A stretch of DNA of 35,365 nucleotides, from the NCBI GenBank assembly GCA_001179505.1, contig CDMY01000660.1, forward strand, positions 1 to 35,365, written 5' to 3'. The notes beneath the pieces were generated by a model, which was given only the letters and a program-made list of their open reading frames with translations, was not told the origin of the DNA and searched no databases. Every line of letters starts with the position of its first letter. Positions within the stretch are counted from its first letter, which is position 1. This DNA is from Vitrella brassicaformis CCMP3155. Taxonomy: Eukaryota; Protista; Chromerida. Shown piece after piece: positions 23,501 through 34,799 of the stretch. The translations under genes were made by a program, and so were the position numbers.

Positions 23501-26095
23501 GTCATCGTCGTCCTCGGGGCCGAACAGCTGGTCCGCTTCATCGGTGTTGGTGGTGTGTGTGTGCTGGTGGGGGCGTGACGAAGAGGGGCGGTCGGGGGGG
23601 AGGGGGATGGGGTGGGGGCCGTTGGTGTGGCCGTCACCTCCAAACACGTCAGCTACTGCACAGACAGAAGAAACAGAGAGACTTGACTGTGTGCCGTTTT
23701 GTGTGTCTGCGGATATGTGTGTGTGTGTGTGTGTGGTAGGGTGGTCAGGTCACCGACCATGTGGGTCGGGCATGTCTGCAGGGGTGGGAGTGGAAGCATC
23801 GTGGCCATCGTCCCCAGTCTGAACGACCAACACATGGACACGGACACACAGACACAACCAAGAGGTGAGTGACTTCCCCCAGCCCCTCTTTCTTTTGAAA
23901 CACACATACACGCACTCACCAGATCGATGACAGAAGCAGCAGAGGCACGCTCGGCCTTGCGCCCGCCCTGGTCTACCCCATCCGATTCGCCCCCCTGCTG
24001 CCGGGATGACGGCGAGTGTCTGTTGGCGTATTCCTTGGCGAGCTGCTCGAGCTGCTCGTCGTCTTCAGGGCTGATGGAGGGGGTGGGGGCGTGCACTGGA
24101 GGAGCAGACTCAAACACACCTTCGGCCGCTACTGCACACACACGACACACGCACACACGCAGAAATGCACGCGTCTGAATACCTGTGTGGATGCGACTGT
24201 GGCCCGCACCCCGGTCACTCACCGTTGGGCACCTCCTCTTTCTTCTGCTGCCGCTGCTGCTGCTGCTGCTGCTGGTGCTCATCGCGGTTGCCCCAGAGTG
24301 GCTGGCCGTGATAGTCATCCTCCTCCTCCTCCTCCTCCTCATCAGCGTGTGCATTGTGGGCGAGCCCCTCCAGGTCGAAGTCAGACAGCTCCGACTCGTC
24401 ATCGCCGTCCCCACCACCAGTACCGGCACGATCGGCACGACCGCCCTGCTCCTGCTCGCCTTCCTCAGCCTCATAGTCCTCACCCTCGACAGGCTCGTCT
24501 TCATCGCCGTCGGGGTCGGGCTCCCCCTCTGAATGTAGGGATATACACAGACAGCACAGAGACAGAAGTGACGGAACGACCCCTGTGTTGCCATCCAGGA
24601 TGGATGGATGGATGGATGACCCGCCCACCTACCTTTGGGTGCGTATATGGATTTGCGCAGGGGTTTGAGTATCGGCAGGGGCAGGTCGTCATCGTCTTCG
24701 TCCGACTCATCCTCGTCTCCCTCCTCGTCCATGCCCATGCCCATGCCCATGCCCATGCCGATGTGGTTGTGGTTGGCCGCTGCCGGCGATGCTGCCGGGG
24801 ATGGGCCACCTGAGAGGGCCATCATGGTGCGGCGACGCTGACGGGGGACACTGCACACACAGAGCACACAGAGCACACAGACAGACAGACAGACAGGGAG
24901 GGGAGGTGAAAGAGGAGCTGGAGAGTGTTCATGTCTTGCTCTGCGCAGGAGGTGGCGTGTGATGTGTGTCGGCCTTGCCTTGCGTCGCTTCGCTTACCAC
25001 TGGACGGGGGGATACACGGAGCGTCGGGCCTCCCTACGGGCTACCTGAGGGACAAGAACGCACAAGACGCATGCGCCCGGGTGGTGTGGTGTGTTGTGAT
25101 GCCGTGTGGTGTGGTGTGGTGTGTCGGTGTACCTTCTCCAACTCGTCAACTTCAGCTACCGCCGCCATTGCGGCCAAATCGCTATCGCCCTCAACTCCGA
25201 CACCCTCCCCCTCCCCCTCCCCCTCCCCCTCCTGCTCCTCTCCTCTGCACACGCATCAAACACACACGCACACACACACCGGGGCAACCAGCCATGGAAC
25301 CAGCCGTTGAGGGTTGGCGGATTTTTTGTCATCGGCGTGTATTCTCACTGGTCTGTCGGTCGGCGGTGCTCGTGTTGGTGGTCTTGTTCCCCATCCTCCG
25401 AGTCCTTCTCGGTGGCATAGCTGCCGTACTCTTCCTCTGCTGGGGGGGTGCGGCCACGCGGGGCTGACGGACCAACCGAAGAGCTGCATCACATGACAGA
25501 CACACACACACATATTCACACACACAAAGATACACACAAAGGGAGGAAAGGAAGACTGATAGGCCCATGCACACGGGGAAATTTCGCACCGGTTGCTTTC
25601 TTCTTCTTCTTCTTCTTCTTCTTCGTAATCTTCGTCTTCGTCGTCATCGGGCTCCTCTTCTTCCTCCTCTTCCTCTTCTTGAGACTCCTCAGACTCCTCT
25701 TCGTCCTCGCCGCTCTCCCCGCCCTTCTCCGCTCGACGGCTCCATGCCGCCACCTCCGAACGGGCCGTCGGGCGACGCCCACTCGACGCGCCATCGGCAC
25801 CATGACCATCGGCAGACAGGGCGCCCTGGAGTGAGTCGTCAGCGGTCACCGTGAGGTAGCGCTGAGCGCCGGCTGCAGTGTGTTGGGTGAGGGGCGGAGG
25901 GGGCACATTGGGAGGGGCGGCGTCCACGGGATCTACACGCACATCATCTTCGTCTGCATCAGCATCTGCAGCTGCGGCAAGGCCGTTGCGGGCAGGTGAG
26001 GCTGGATCTGCATGGCTGTTGGTGTTGCTGCTGTTGGGAGTGAAGAAGTCGTCCTGGTCGGCCTCCCCGCCGCCTCGGGCTGCTGCGCCGTCCAT
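17828..26095 (-). CDS. ERCC6L: SNF2-family ATPase/translocase, ERCC6L (PICH)/CSB-like, with long acidic low-complexity N-terminus; spans one N gap
   Basis: Spliced motifs: LKVYQVKGVKWMW, GILADEMGLGKT (I), WDVVILDEASKAIKNP (II), LLLTGTPIENNLKEFWSL (III), MLRRTTK..PTKHDVVVW, LQKVCMHP, GHRTLVFSRS (IV), YLRIDGS, LLTTRSGGHGLNLVSADRVIIMDP (V), WNPSADDQAVDRINRYGQK (VI). Subfamily assignment and linkage of the 22940-26095 exons are less certain than the SNF2 core. Confidence 0.8.
22231..22530. other. Scaffold gap (300 N), within the SNF2 gene
   Basis: Run of N. The flanking exons (...NNGRG | ...GILADEMG) are adjacent in the SNF2 motif order. Confidence 0.99.
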
Positions 26096-26716
26096 CCGAT
26101 CAGCGGCAGATCAGATCAGGTCATCAAATCGTCAAACCAGCCGACACAGCGCATTGTTATGAGATGGCTGCGAGATGTGGGGGTGGAAGGCCACTTTTCG
26201 CGCCTCCTCCTCCAGAGATGTAAACACTGATTTGTAAACAAGTGAACCGGTCGATGATGGGGCTTCACGAAAAAATCGTTGTGTGTTGTGTCCACGACTG
26301 CAAATGCATGCACAGAGCACCCACACGGTTGTCTGTCTACTGGCCTGGCGGAAGAATATGTACAATCGATCCATTCGTCGCACGCACTGCCCCGCCGCAC
26401 GCACGGCACCCACCAACGGGGATGAACGAATGGGTGGGAAGGAAGAAATCTGTACAACCAACGTGAGTGACTCATATCGTGCACACACCACACACACTCA
26501 CACGGACACACATACACAAACGAACGAACGTATGTGCATACCCCTCCCCTCCCCTCCTCTCCATCCGACCCCACCGGCGTGTGTGCATCAGGTCAGGTCT
26601 ACACTAGCAGCACGAACACATAGACAGACAGACTGCTTGGCAGTCGAGTCGACCTCATCAGGGTGTTGTGTTGGTGCTGGGCGGTGTGTGGCCACGGTGA
26701 AGTCAGGTGCCACCTC

Positions 26717-29700
26717 TCAGGCCTCCGTGGAGGTGACGGTCGGCTGCGTCGGGACTAGAGTGTCGCCCTCACTCTAAACACACACACAGCCACACAGCCA
26801 CAGTATCACCCAGCCTAACACAGCCATACGCACTCACATCATCGTGTGTGTGTGCCTGCCTGCCTGCCTGCCTGGCCGCCACATTGACTTTGTTTGTGCA
26901 CACGCACCTTGGCGTGGTTAGATCCCCCGACGCCCGGGATGAAAGTGTGGTGGTAGACGAGGAAGCCGGCGATGAAGATGAAGAGTGCGATGACGTTGGC
27001 CCACATGGCCACCAGCGAAAAGTTGCCCGCTGCCCCCCGGATGAACGACTGCCGCTGCAGCACCCCCGTCAGCATCGTGGCTATCGCACCCAAGTAGCTG
27101 ACACACACACACACACACACGGCAAAAGATGCGCATGACGCGCCTTTCTCTTGATGTGGGGCATGTGTCCCACTCACTCACATGTATCCGCCGCCGTTTT
27201 TGTGTAGGGGCATGAGGGCCGCCTTGACGCCCTCGGGGGCAAGCCCCGGGATCCAGTAGATGAACACAGACGACAGGTACTGAACAAACGCTCACACCCA
27301 ACCAACACAGCACAACACACCACACGCGCATTCCCTGCACGCCTTGCAGAATCCAAAGCTACCACCATGGCTGACCTGCAACAGCCCTGCTGCGAGGACC
27401 GCGGTGCCCATCCAGCTGTGGACACTGTAGAAGTCCGGGGCGCTGATCTGCTTGTGGAACTCAAAGATGGCAATCGTCGCCAACACGCCGGCGATGAACC
27501 CCGCTGTCTGCAGCACTGCACACATACACACACGCAACACAATACAATACACCAGGGCCGCAAAATGCGTCTTGTGAGAGCGCCTCTGATTGCGTGCCTC
27601 TGCACCTGCGTGAATGGTCTTCTTAACCTCGTGTGTCAGGGGCAAGACCCGCCACGCCAGAATCTGTTCAACCAGCAGGTGAGGTGCAACACCAAGGCAG
27701 GCGAAAAGTGCCTCGCTCCAGCTATGTGTTCATGCGTATGCGTGTGTCTGTGTGTGTGGNNNNNNNNNNNNNNNNNNNNNNNNNNNNNNNNNNNNNNNNN
27801 NNNNNNNNNNNNNNNNNNNNNNNNNNNNNNNNNNNNNNNNNNNNNNNNNNNNNNNNNNNNNNNNNNNNNNNNNNNNNNNNNNNNNNNNNNNNNNNNNNNN
27901 NNNNNNNNNNNNNNNNNNNNNNNNNNNNNNNNNNNNNNNNNNNNNNNNNNNNNNNNNNNNNNNNNNNNNNNNNNNNNNNNNNNNNNNNNNNNNNNNNNNN
28001 NNNNNNNNNNNNNNNNNNNNNNNNNNNNNNNNNNNNNNNNNNNNNNNNNNNNNNNNNNNAAAAAAACAAAAAAACAAAAAAACAAAAAAAAAAAAATAAA
28101 AAAAAATGCCTGTCTTTCATGAAATCACTCTTTCATCGGTCCGCTCTTTCACAGAGAGGTTCTTCATCGTCTTGCGGTCATTTTGACTGTGTACAGAGTG
28201 ATCGGGATGGGCTGACCCACTTCTACGGACTGGACTTTAGCAGCATGTTCATACGGACAAACATGCATAAGAGCATGCACACGACCTGTCTACCCCTCCC
28301 TACACTGGCACCGGCGGACAAACAGATGGCAACAGAGAGCACTACCTGCCTTGTAGAACGTTTGACAAACATGTTCCGGCTACATACACAAGAACAGGCG
28401 CTGTCACGCCCAGCAAGAGCCATGGCAAGTGTATAGAAGCCAGAACGAGGAAGTAGAAAAATGGGCGCCCTCTGCCATCAAAGCTTAAGCAACAAGCAGC
28501 CAATCACATGAATACACCACCATCTACACACGGGACCCATAGGAAAGGAAGAGAGGAATACAGCAGAGGGAGAGAGAAGGAAATAGCCAGACAGGCTATG
28601 GGGCCCTGCAACATTTGACAGACAATTCCCAAGGTGCGCTCCATCTGCTCTTGGATGGTCTACATCACACAGCACTGAATGACTTGCACTTAACCCGTTC
28701 TGGCCAGACAGTCAGTCAGCAGCAGAGGGTGAATTGGTGTATGAAGAGTATGTATCAGCAACAGAGAGTACGGTGTGATCCAAGTCGAAAGGCACGTGGC
28801 AGTCACATGGCATTTAGAGGGAGTTCTGGCTGGGCCGGCAGAGGAAAACAGAAGGCAGCTAGAGAAAAGAGCCCTACCGCGGTGATAACAATGCACACAG
28901 ACATGCGGCACTGGCTGAAATGGCACGAGTATGGTCGCAACACAGAGGCACGCTAAAGTATAACCAACGCGCGACATACACACACAAAAGAAAGGGCATG
29001 GTGGCGCAGCGACCACACCCCACATGATAGGCTACCGCAGAGAAGAGAGACCACACCAATGACAAGACATGCCAAACTAGCCTCCGCCCACCCACACACA
29101 GAGCACATCATAAAACACGGTGTCAGTGCGATAAGCGAATGATGCAATGGAGCAGATGCCCTCGCATCCCCACGCAAACATCATTGCAGCTTCACCACGG
29201 CAACACCATCGGTTCACCACACTCTGACGACCGGGGACGGAAGGGGTCGTTAGGGGTTGAAGGAAAGGGAAACATTGCGGCTCCACTCATCCATCGCCAC
29301 ATGAAAAATGCCATTGGCTATGTATGGCTTGTCGCCATCCATTGCAAAACCAGAAATACTCTCATATATCAGCCCATTCACTGCGGCCCCATATGTGCCT
29401 GTCTTGACGAAAACCACTGGCAATGGCCGGCGAAAAAAAGGCCTACGGGCTGCACTGCACAGCAGGGCTAGAAGGGCTTGGAGGGCTCGGAATCCCCGCT
29501 CAGGGTGGAGGAGGCCTGAGAGCCGATTGACAAACACACGAAATCATGCAACGACGGTGTGCAGTGCAGGCAGCCCATTCTCTGGCTCACCCGAGGAAAG
29601 CGACGGGCTTCTCGACGCTGCAGCCGCCAGCCGCAAAGGACGTGTACCTGCACACAACCAACAAGCCACACGCAGAGGCATACAGCCAAGGAGAGAAGCT

Positions 29701-30983
29701 TTCTCTGTTGTGTGGCGATTGATTTGATGTGTGTGCGGAGTGCAGTCACCTCATTGAGTGTGGGAAGGGCAGAGTGTATGTGGATGCCTCGTCCAGCTCT
29801 CTCAGCTGGTCCTTGGTCAGTTTGAAGTCCAACGCTGCACACATAGCAGTAGGGGCGGGGAGGGGCGGTGTGGTGTGCATGGTGTCTGTCTGTCTGCCTG
29901 TTTGTCTGTACGGCTGACTGACCTCCCAGGTTGTCCTCCAGCTGTTGGACGGTGCGTGCGCCGATCAGGGGGGATGTACAGGCACGGCAGGTCCAGTTGA
30001 TGGCCACCTGCACCCACACAGACATGACCGACCGATGCCGGTACCTCAATGTGTGTGATTGTCTACCTGTGCTGGCGTCTTGCCGATTTCCTTGGCGACC
30101 TTCTCGACCGTAGACAGGATCTTCCAGTTCTGCTCCTCCTTCACCTGCACACACAGGCGCGCAAAAGAGACCAGAGACAGTCATGAACACAGAGGCCTCC
30201 ACGCCTCCTGTCTCGTCCGNNNNNNNNNNNNNNNNNNNNNNNNNNNNNNNNNNNNNNNNNNNNNNNNNNNNNNNNNNNNNNNNNNNNNNNNNNNNNNNNN
30301 NNNNNNNNNNNNNNNNNNNNNNNNNNNNNNNNNNNNNNNNNNNNNNNNNNNNNNNNNNNNNNNNNNNNNNNNNNNNNNNNNNNNNNNNNNNNNNNNNNNN
30401 NNNNNNNNNNNNNNNNNNNNNNNNNNNNNNNNNNNNNNNNNNNNNNNNNNNNNNNNNNNNNNNNNNNNNNNNNNNNNNNNNNNNNNNNNNNNNNNNNNNN
30501 NNNNNNNNNNNNNNNNNNNGGGGGGTCTTTCACCGCTTCAGCCATGAAGATTCCGAATGCCGCGTACATGAGCACCGGGTGCCAGAAGAAGAGAGGCACC
30601 TCTGCACACAGCACAGCACAACACAACACATGACACCATAATACACCCAACACAGGAATGCACGCGGGCGTCGTCCCGCCCATCCCGCACCGCACCCCCC
30701 AGGCCCTGCCATTTTTGCTTTGCTTACTCTCCCATCCCAGTCCCTTGCCGTTGATCTCAAAAGAGTACGTCCACACCAGGATGAACACCAGAGGCGCCCA
30801 GATGAACAGGTGCTGACACACATCAACACACAACACACAACACACAACAACAGCCACACAGCCACGCATCCAATCCGCCTGTGCATTCTTGTCGCATGTG
30901 TGGAGGCCAGTGAGTGCTGTCTGTGCATCGCGTCGCCTCACCGTGACGAACAGGTAGAGCTGATACCCTGGCGAAACCGCCAT
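26717..30983 (-). CDS. Cytochrome b561 family transmembrane reductase (CYB561/DCYTB-like), split across gaps
   Basis: Exons give MAVSPGYQLYLFVT|HLFIWAPLVFILVWTY...GLGW|..FFWHPVLM..FMAEA|ILAWRVLPLTHEVKKTIHAG|..FYSVHSWMG..|..LMPLHKNGG... All four heme-ligating His motifs of the family are present. TGA is at 26717-26719. Confidence 0.85.
27760..28059. other. Scaffold gap (300 N)
   Basis: Run of N. Confidence 0.99.
28060..28106 (+). repeat. A-rich tract at a contig edge
   Basis: About 47 nt, almost all A with a few C/T interruptions, in a GC-rich context. Confidence 0.9.
29275..30219. repeat. Copy C of the AKR 3' exons plus 3' flank (near-identical to 31202..32083 and 32468..33413)
   Basis: Direct sequence identity, also reflected in duplicated ORF translations in the track. 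Confidence 0.95.
29587..30219 (-). other. Partial aldo/keto reductase (3' exons only; truncated by gap)
   Basis: Same terminal exons as the AKR gene (VKEEQNWKIL..., PLIGARTVQQLEDNL, ALDFKLTK..., ...KPVAFLG*). Stop at 29587-29589. Confidence 0.8.
30220..30519. other. Scaffold gap (300 N)
   Basis: Run of N. Confidence 0.99.
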
Positions 30984-31117
30984 TCTTGTCCGCGGCTCTG
31001 CGGAACCGTGTCAAAGTCTTTCGGACCCTTGAACCGCTGGAAAATGGTCTCTCTCACTGAATGGCTGTGCCTGTGCTGTCGCTATGCCTCACGATTTAAG
31101 GATGGAAGAAGACACCG

Positions 31118-32083
31118 AATCCGCATACGCGCGTTTTACTAACCCTGAGCCCGAACGCCAAACCCTGCGGTCCCACTACGACCATCGAATCCACGAAAAT
31201 CTTGCGGCTCCATTCATCCATCGGCCACACGAAAGATGCCATTGGCTGTGTATGGCTTGTCGCCATCCATTGCAAAACCAGAAACACTCTCATATATCAG
31301 CCCATTCACTGCGGCCCCATATGTGCCTATCTTCACGAAAACCACTGGCAATGGCCGGCGGAAAAAAGGCCTACGGGCTGCACTGCACAGCAGGGCTAGA
31401 AGGGCTTGGAGGGCTCGAAATCCCCGCTCAGGGTGGAGGAGGCCTGAGAGCCGATTGACAAACACACGAAATCATGCAACGACGGTGTGCAGTGCAGGCA
31501 GCCCATTCTCTGGCTCACCCGAGGAAAGCGACGGGCTTCTCGACGCTGCAGCCGCCAGCCGCAAAGGACGTGTACCTGCACACAACCAACAAGCCACACG
31601 CAGAGGCATACAGCCAAGGAGAGAAGCTTTCTCTGTTGTGTGGCGATTGATTTGATGTGTGTGCGGAGTGCAGTCACCTCATTGAGTGTGGGAAGGGCAG
31701 AGTGTATGTGGATGCCTCGTCCAGCTCTCTCAGCTGGTCCTTGGTCAGTTTGAAGTCCAACGCTGCACACATAGCAGTAGGGGCGGGGAGGGGCGGTGTG
31801 GTGTGCATGGTGTCTGTCTGTCTGCCTGTTTGTCTGTACGGCTGACTGACCTCCCAGGTTGTCCTCCAGCTGTTGGACGGTGCGTGCGCCGATCAGGGGG
31901 GATGTACAGGCACGGCAGGTCCAGTTGATGGCCACCTGCACCCACACAGACATGACCGACCGATGCCGGTACCTCAATGTGTGTGATTGTCTACCTGTGC
32001 TGGCGTCTTGCCGATTTCCTTGGCGACCTTCTCGACCGTAGACAGGATCTTCCAGTTCTGCTCCTCCTTCACCTGCACACACA
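31118..32083. repeat. Copy D of the AKR 3' exons plus flank; overlaps the start of the next contig (32384..33349) at a constant 1266-bp offset
   Basis: AATCCGCATACGCGCG occurs at both 31118 and 32384, and identity continues to the gap. The AKR stop of this copy is at 31515-31517. Confidence 0.95.
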
Positions 32084-32383
32084 NNNNNNNNNNNNNNNNN
32101 NNNNNNNNNNNNNNNNNNNNNNNNNNNNNNNNNNNNNNNNNNNNNNNNNNNNNNNNNNNNNNNNNNNNNNNNNNNNNNNNNNNNNNNNNNNNNNNNNNNN
32201 NNNNNNNNNNNNNNNNNNNNNNNNNNNNNNNNNNNNNNNNNNNNNNNNNNNNNNNNNNNNNNNNNNNNNNNNNNNNNNNNNNNNNNNNNNNNNNNNNNNN
32301 NNNNNNNNNNNNNNNNNNNNNNNNNNNNNNNNNNNNNNNNNNNNNNNNNNNNNNNNNNNNNNNNNNNNNNNNNNNNNNNNNNN
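32084..32383. other. Scaffold gap (300 N)
   Basis: Run of N. Confidence 0.99.
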
Positions 32384-32780
32384 AATCCGCATACGCGCGT
32401 TTTACTAACCCTGAGCCCGAACGCCAAACCCTGCGGTCCCACTACGACCATCGAATCCACGAAAATCTTGCGGCTCCATTCATCCATCGGCCACACGAAA
32501 GATGCCATTGGCTGTGTATGGCTTGTCGCCATCCATTGCAAAACCAGAAACACTCTCATATATCAGCCCATTCACTGCGGCCCCATATGTGCCTATCTTC
32601 ACGAAAACCACTGGCAATGGCCGGCGGAAAAAAGGCCTACGGGCTGCACTGCACAGCAGGGCTAGAAGGGCTTGGAGGGCTCGAAATCCCCGCTCAGGGT
32701 GGAGGAGGCCTGAGAGCCGATTGACAAACACACGAAATCATGCAACGACGGTGTGCAGTGCAGGCAGCCCATTCTCTGGC

Positions 32781-34711
32781 TCACCCGAGGAAAGCGACGG
32801 GCTTCTCGACGCTGCAGCCGCCAGCCGCAAAGGACGTGTACCTGCACACAACCAACAAGCCACACGCAGAGGCATACAGCCACCGAGAGAAGCTTTCTCT
32901 GTTGTGTGGCGGTTGATTTGATGTGTGCGCGGTGTGCACTGACCTCATTGAGTGTGGGAAGGGCAGAGTGTATGTGGATGCCTCGTCCAGCTCTCTCAGC
33001 TGGTCCTTAGTCAACTTGAAGTCCAACGCTGCACACATAGCAGTAGGGGCGGGGAGGGGCGGTGTGGTGTGCATGGTGTCTGTCTGTCTGCCTGTTTGTC
33101 TGTACGGCTGACTGACCTCCCAGGTTGTCCTCCAGCTGTTGGACGGTGCGTGCGCCGATCAGGGGGGATGTACAGGCACGGCAGGTCCAGTTGATGGCCA
33201 CCTGCACCCACACAGACATGACCGACCGATGCGGGTACCTCAATGTGTGTGATTGTCTACCTGTGCTGGCGTCTTGCCGATTTCCTTGGCGACCTTCTCG
33301 ACCGTAGACAGGATCTTCCAGTTCTGCTCCTCCTTCACCTGCACACACAGGCGCGCAAAAGAGACCAGAGACAGTCATGAACACAGAGGCCTCCACGCCT
33401 CCTGTCTCGTCCGTACGTGTCTGTTGATGCGTCCAGTCCTGGCTGTGGGCTGGATGCTGTCCTGCTTGTGCTTGCCTAAAGAAGACACACACACACACAC
33501 ACCTCCACCACATTCCATCCAGCCCACATTTCATTTCCCCCCATCACCAGTGAGGAATCCCTCAGCGATCACGCCCCAGGGCACGATGCCCAGGCCGCAT
33601 TCAACTGCCATCGGCAGCAGGTCGTTCTCCAAAGTCCGCTCCAGCATGTTGTACCTCGTCTGCAGGGCGATGAACGGGGTCCAGTCTGCACACACACATG
33701 TGTTCACAGGGGCGCATGCAGATGCCATGTCTGACCTTTGAAGTGCGCCATGGTGTTTGCCTTCGAGATGACCCATGCGGGTGTGTCGGACACGCCGCAG
33801 TACAGCACCTTGCCGCACCTGACGCAGTCGTCGAGGGCGCGCATCACCTCCTCCACAGGCGTCCGGTACTCCCACGCTGTCAATCCAATGCACAGCAAAC
33901 AATACACATGGCAAACCAACACACGATTCCCATGTGCAGCGCGTCACCATGGATGTACAACAAATCGATGTATCCAATCTGACACACACACACACACATC
34001 CCAATCACATGAAGCCACTCCCGCACTGCACTGCTTGTATGGTGGCGTGTGCATGCCTGCATGCGCTTGAGCGATGCGTCCAGGTTCTCGACCAGACTTT
34101 TGCGGCTGTTTCCAGAGAGGCACTCGCGGCGCTTGTCGGCCCTGTTTTGGGGCATTATGTGGCCCAGGTTGAGGGTGTACTTGGTCGCCTGCACCATCCA
34201 TCGCACCATCGCACGGTGGGCCGCCCTCCTGTCTGTTGTATATGTGTGTACCAGGACGAGGTTGCTGCGCCTCTCGCCGATCATGTCGCCCAGGAATTTC
34301 TCAGAACGGCCGCCGGCGTATATGTTTGCCGTGTCGATGAAGTTGCCTGACCAACGAGAAAGCACGGGGAAGAGCCCACAGCAGCCGTGTCCATGTCACA
34401 GGCGCACATAGAGCGTGGGTGCGGTGACTGTCTGACTCACCGCCCTTGCTGTAATAGAGGTCGAAGATCTTCTTGCTCGTCTCAAAGTCACACCCCAATG
34501 CACTGCCTTCCGCATTTGGGTTCTCGGCGCCAAAAGTCTACAGTGTCACACACGGCACAAACGCCATCCATGAGTGGCTGATCTCTCTTTTCTGCACCAT
34601 GGCGCCGAGGCACAGCGGCGAGACCCTCAGGCCGGACCTGCCGAGGAGCACATAGTCATCAAGGGCCTTTGAGCAGCCGTATGCAGGCGACACGTAGGCA
34701 GGCTCTATCAT
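32781..34711 (-). CDS. Aldo/keto reductase (aryl-alcohol dehydrogenase/AKR9-like), multi-exon, complete copy
   Basis: YVLLGRSGLRVSPLCLGAM|TFG; catalytic tetrad motifs GNFIDTANIY (D, Y), ATKY (K) and IDLLYIH (H); GKVLYCGVSD, LQTRYNMLER, PWGVIAEGFLTG, PLIGARTVQQLEDNL. TGA at 32781. Confidence 0.9.
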
Positions 34712-34743
34712 GGGTGTGTCAGTCTGGGATGCAACGACAGACA

Positions 34744-34799
34744 GGGATCTGCTGCACTGCCAGAACGGGATCTGCTGCACTGGAAAGATCTGCTTCACT
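34744..34799. repeat. Three short direct repeats GATCTGCT(G/T)CACT just upstream of the AKR start codon
   Basis: GGGATCTGCTGCACTG at 34744 and 34767; GATCTGCTTCACT at 34787. Confidence 0.8.

Noticed and set aside
29250-29537. Small ORF MFVNRLSGLLHPERG... repeated in all three AKR flanks
   Set aside because: A 1-bp indel between copies changes its C-terminus, and it lies in the presumptive AKR 3'UTR. There is no evidence of coding constraint.
31138-31170. AACCCT telomere-like hexamers upstream of cytochrome b561
   Set aside because: Only two imperfect, non-tandem copies, which is compatible with chance.
22112-32724. Long ORFs containing X runs
   Set aside because: These are artefacts of translating through the 300-N gaps.
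29275-33413. Repeated ~1-kb units as a transposon or CRISPR-like array
   Set aside because: The units are AKR exons, introns and flank, bounded by scaffold gaps. There are no terminal repeats, transposase or repeat-spacer structure.
26717-34711. Cytochrome b561 plus AKR as an ascorbate-related gene cluster
   Set aside because: The AKR resembles aryl-alcohol dehydrogenase-type enzymes rather than L-galactose dehydrogenase or galacturonate reductase. Adjacency alone is no evidence in a eukaryote.
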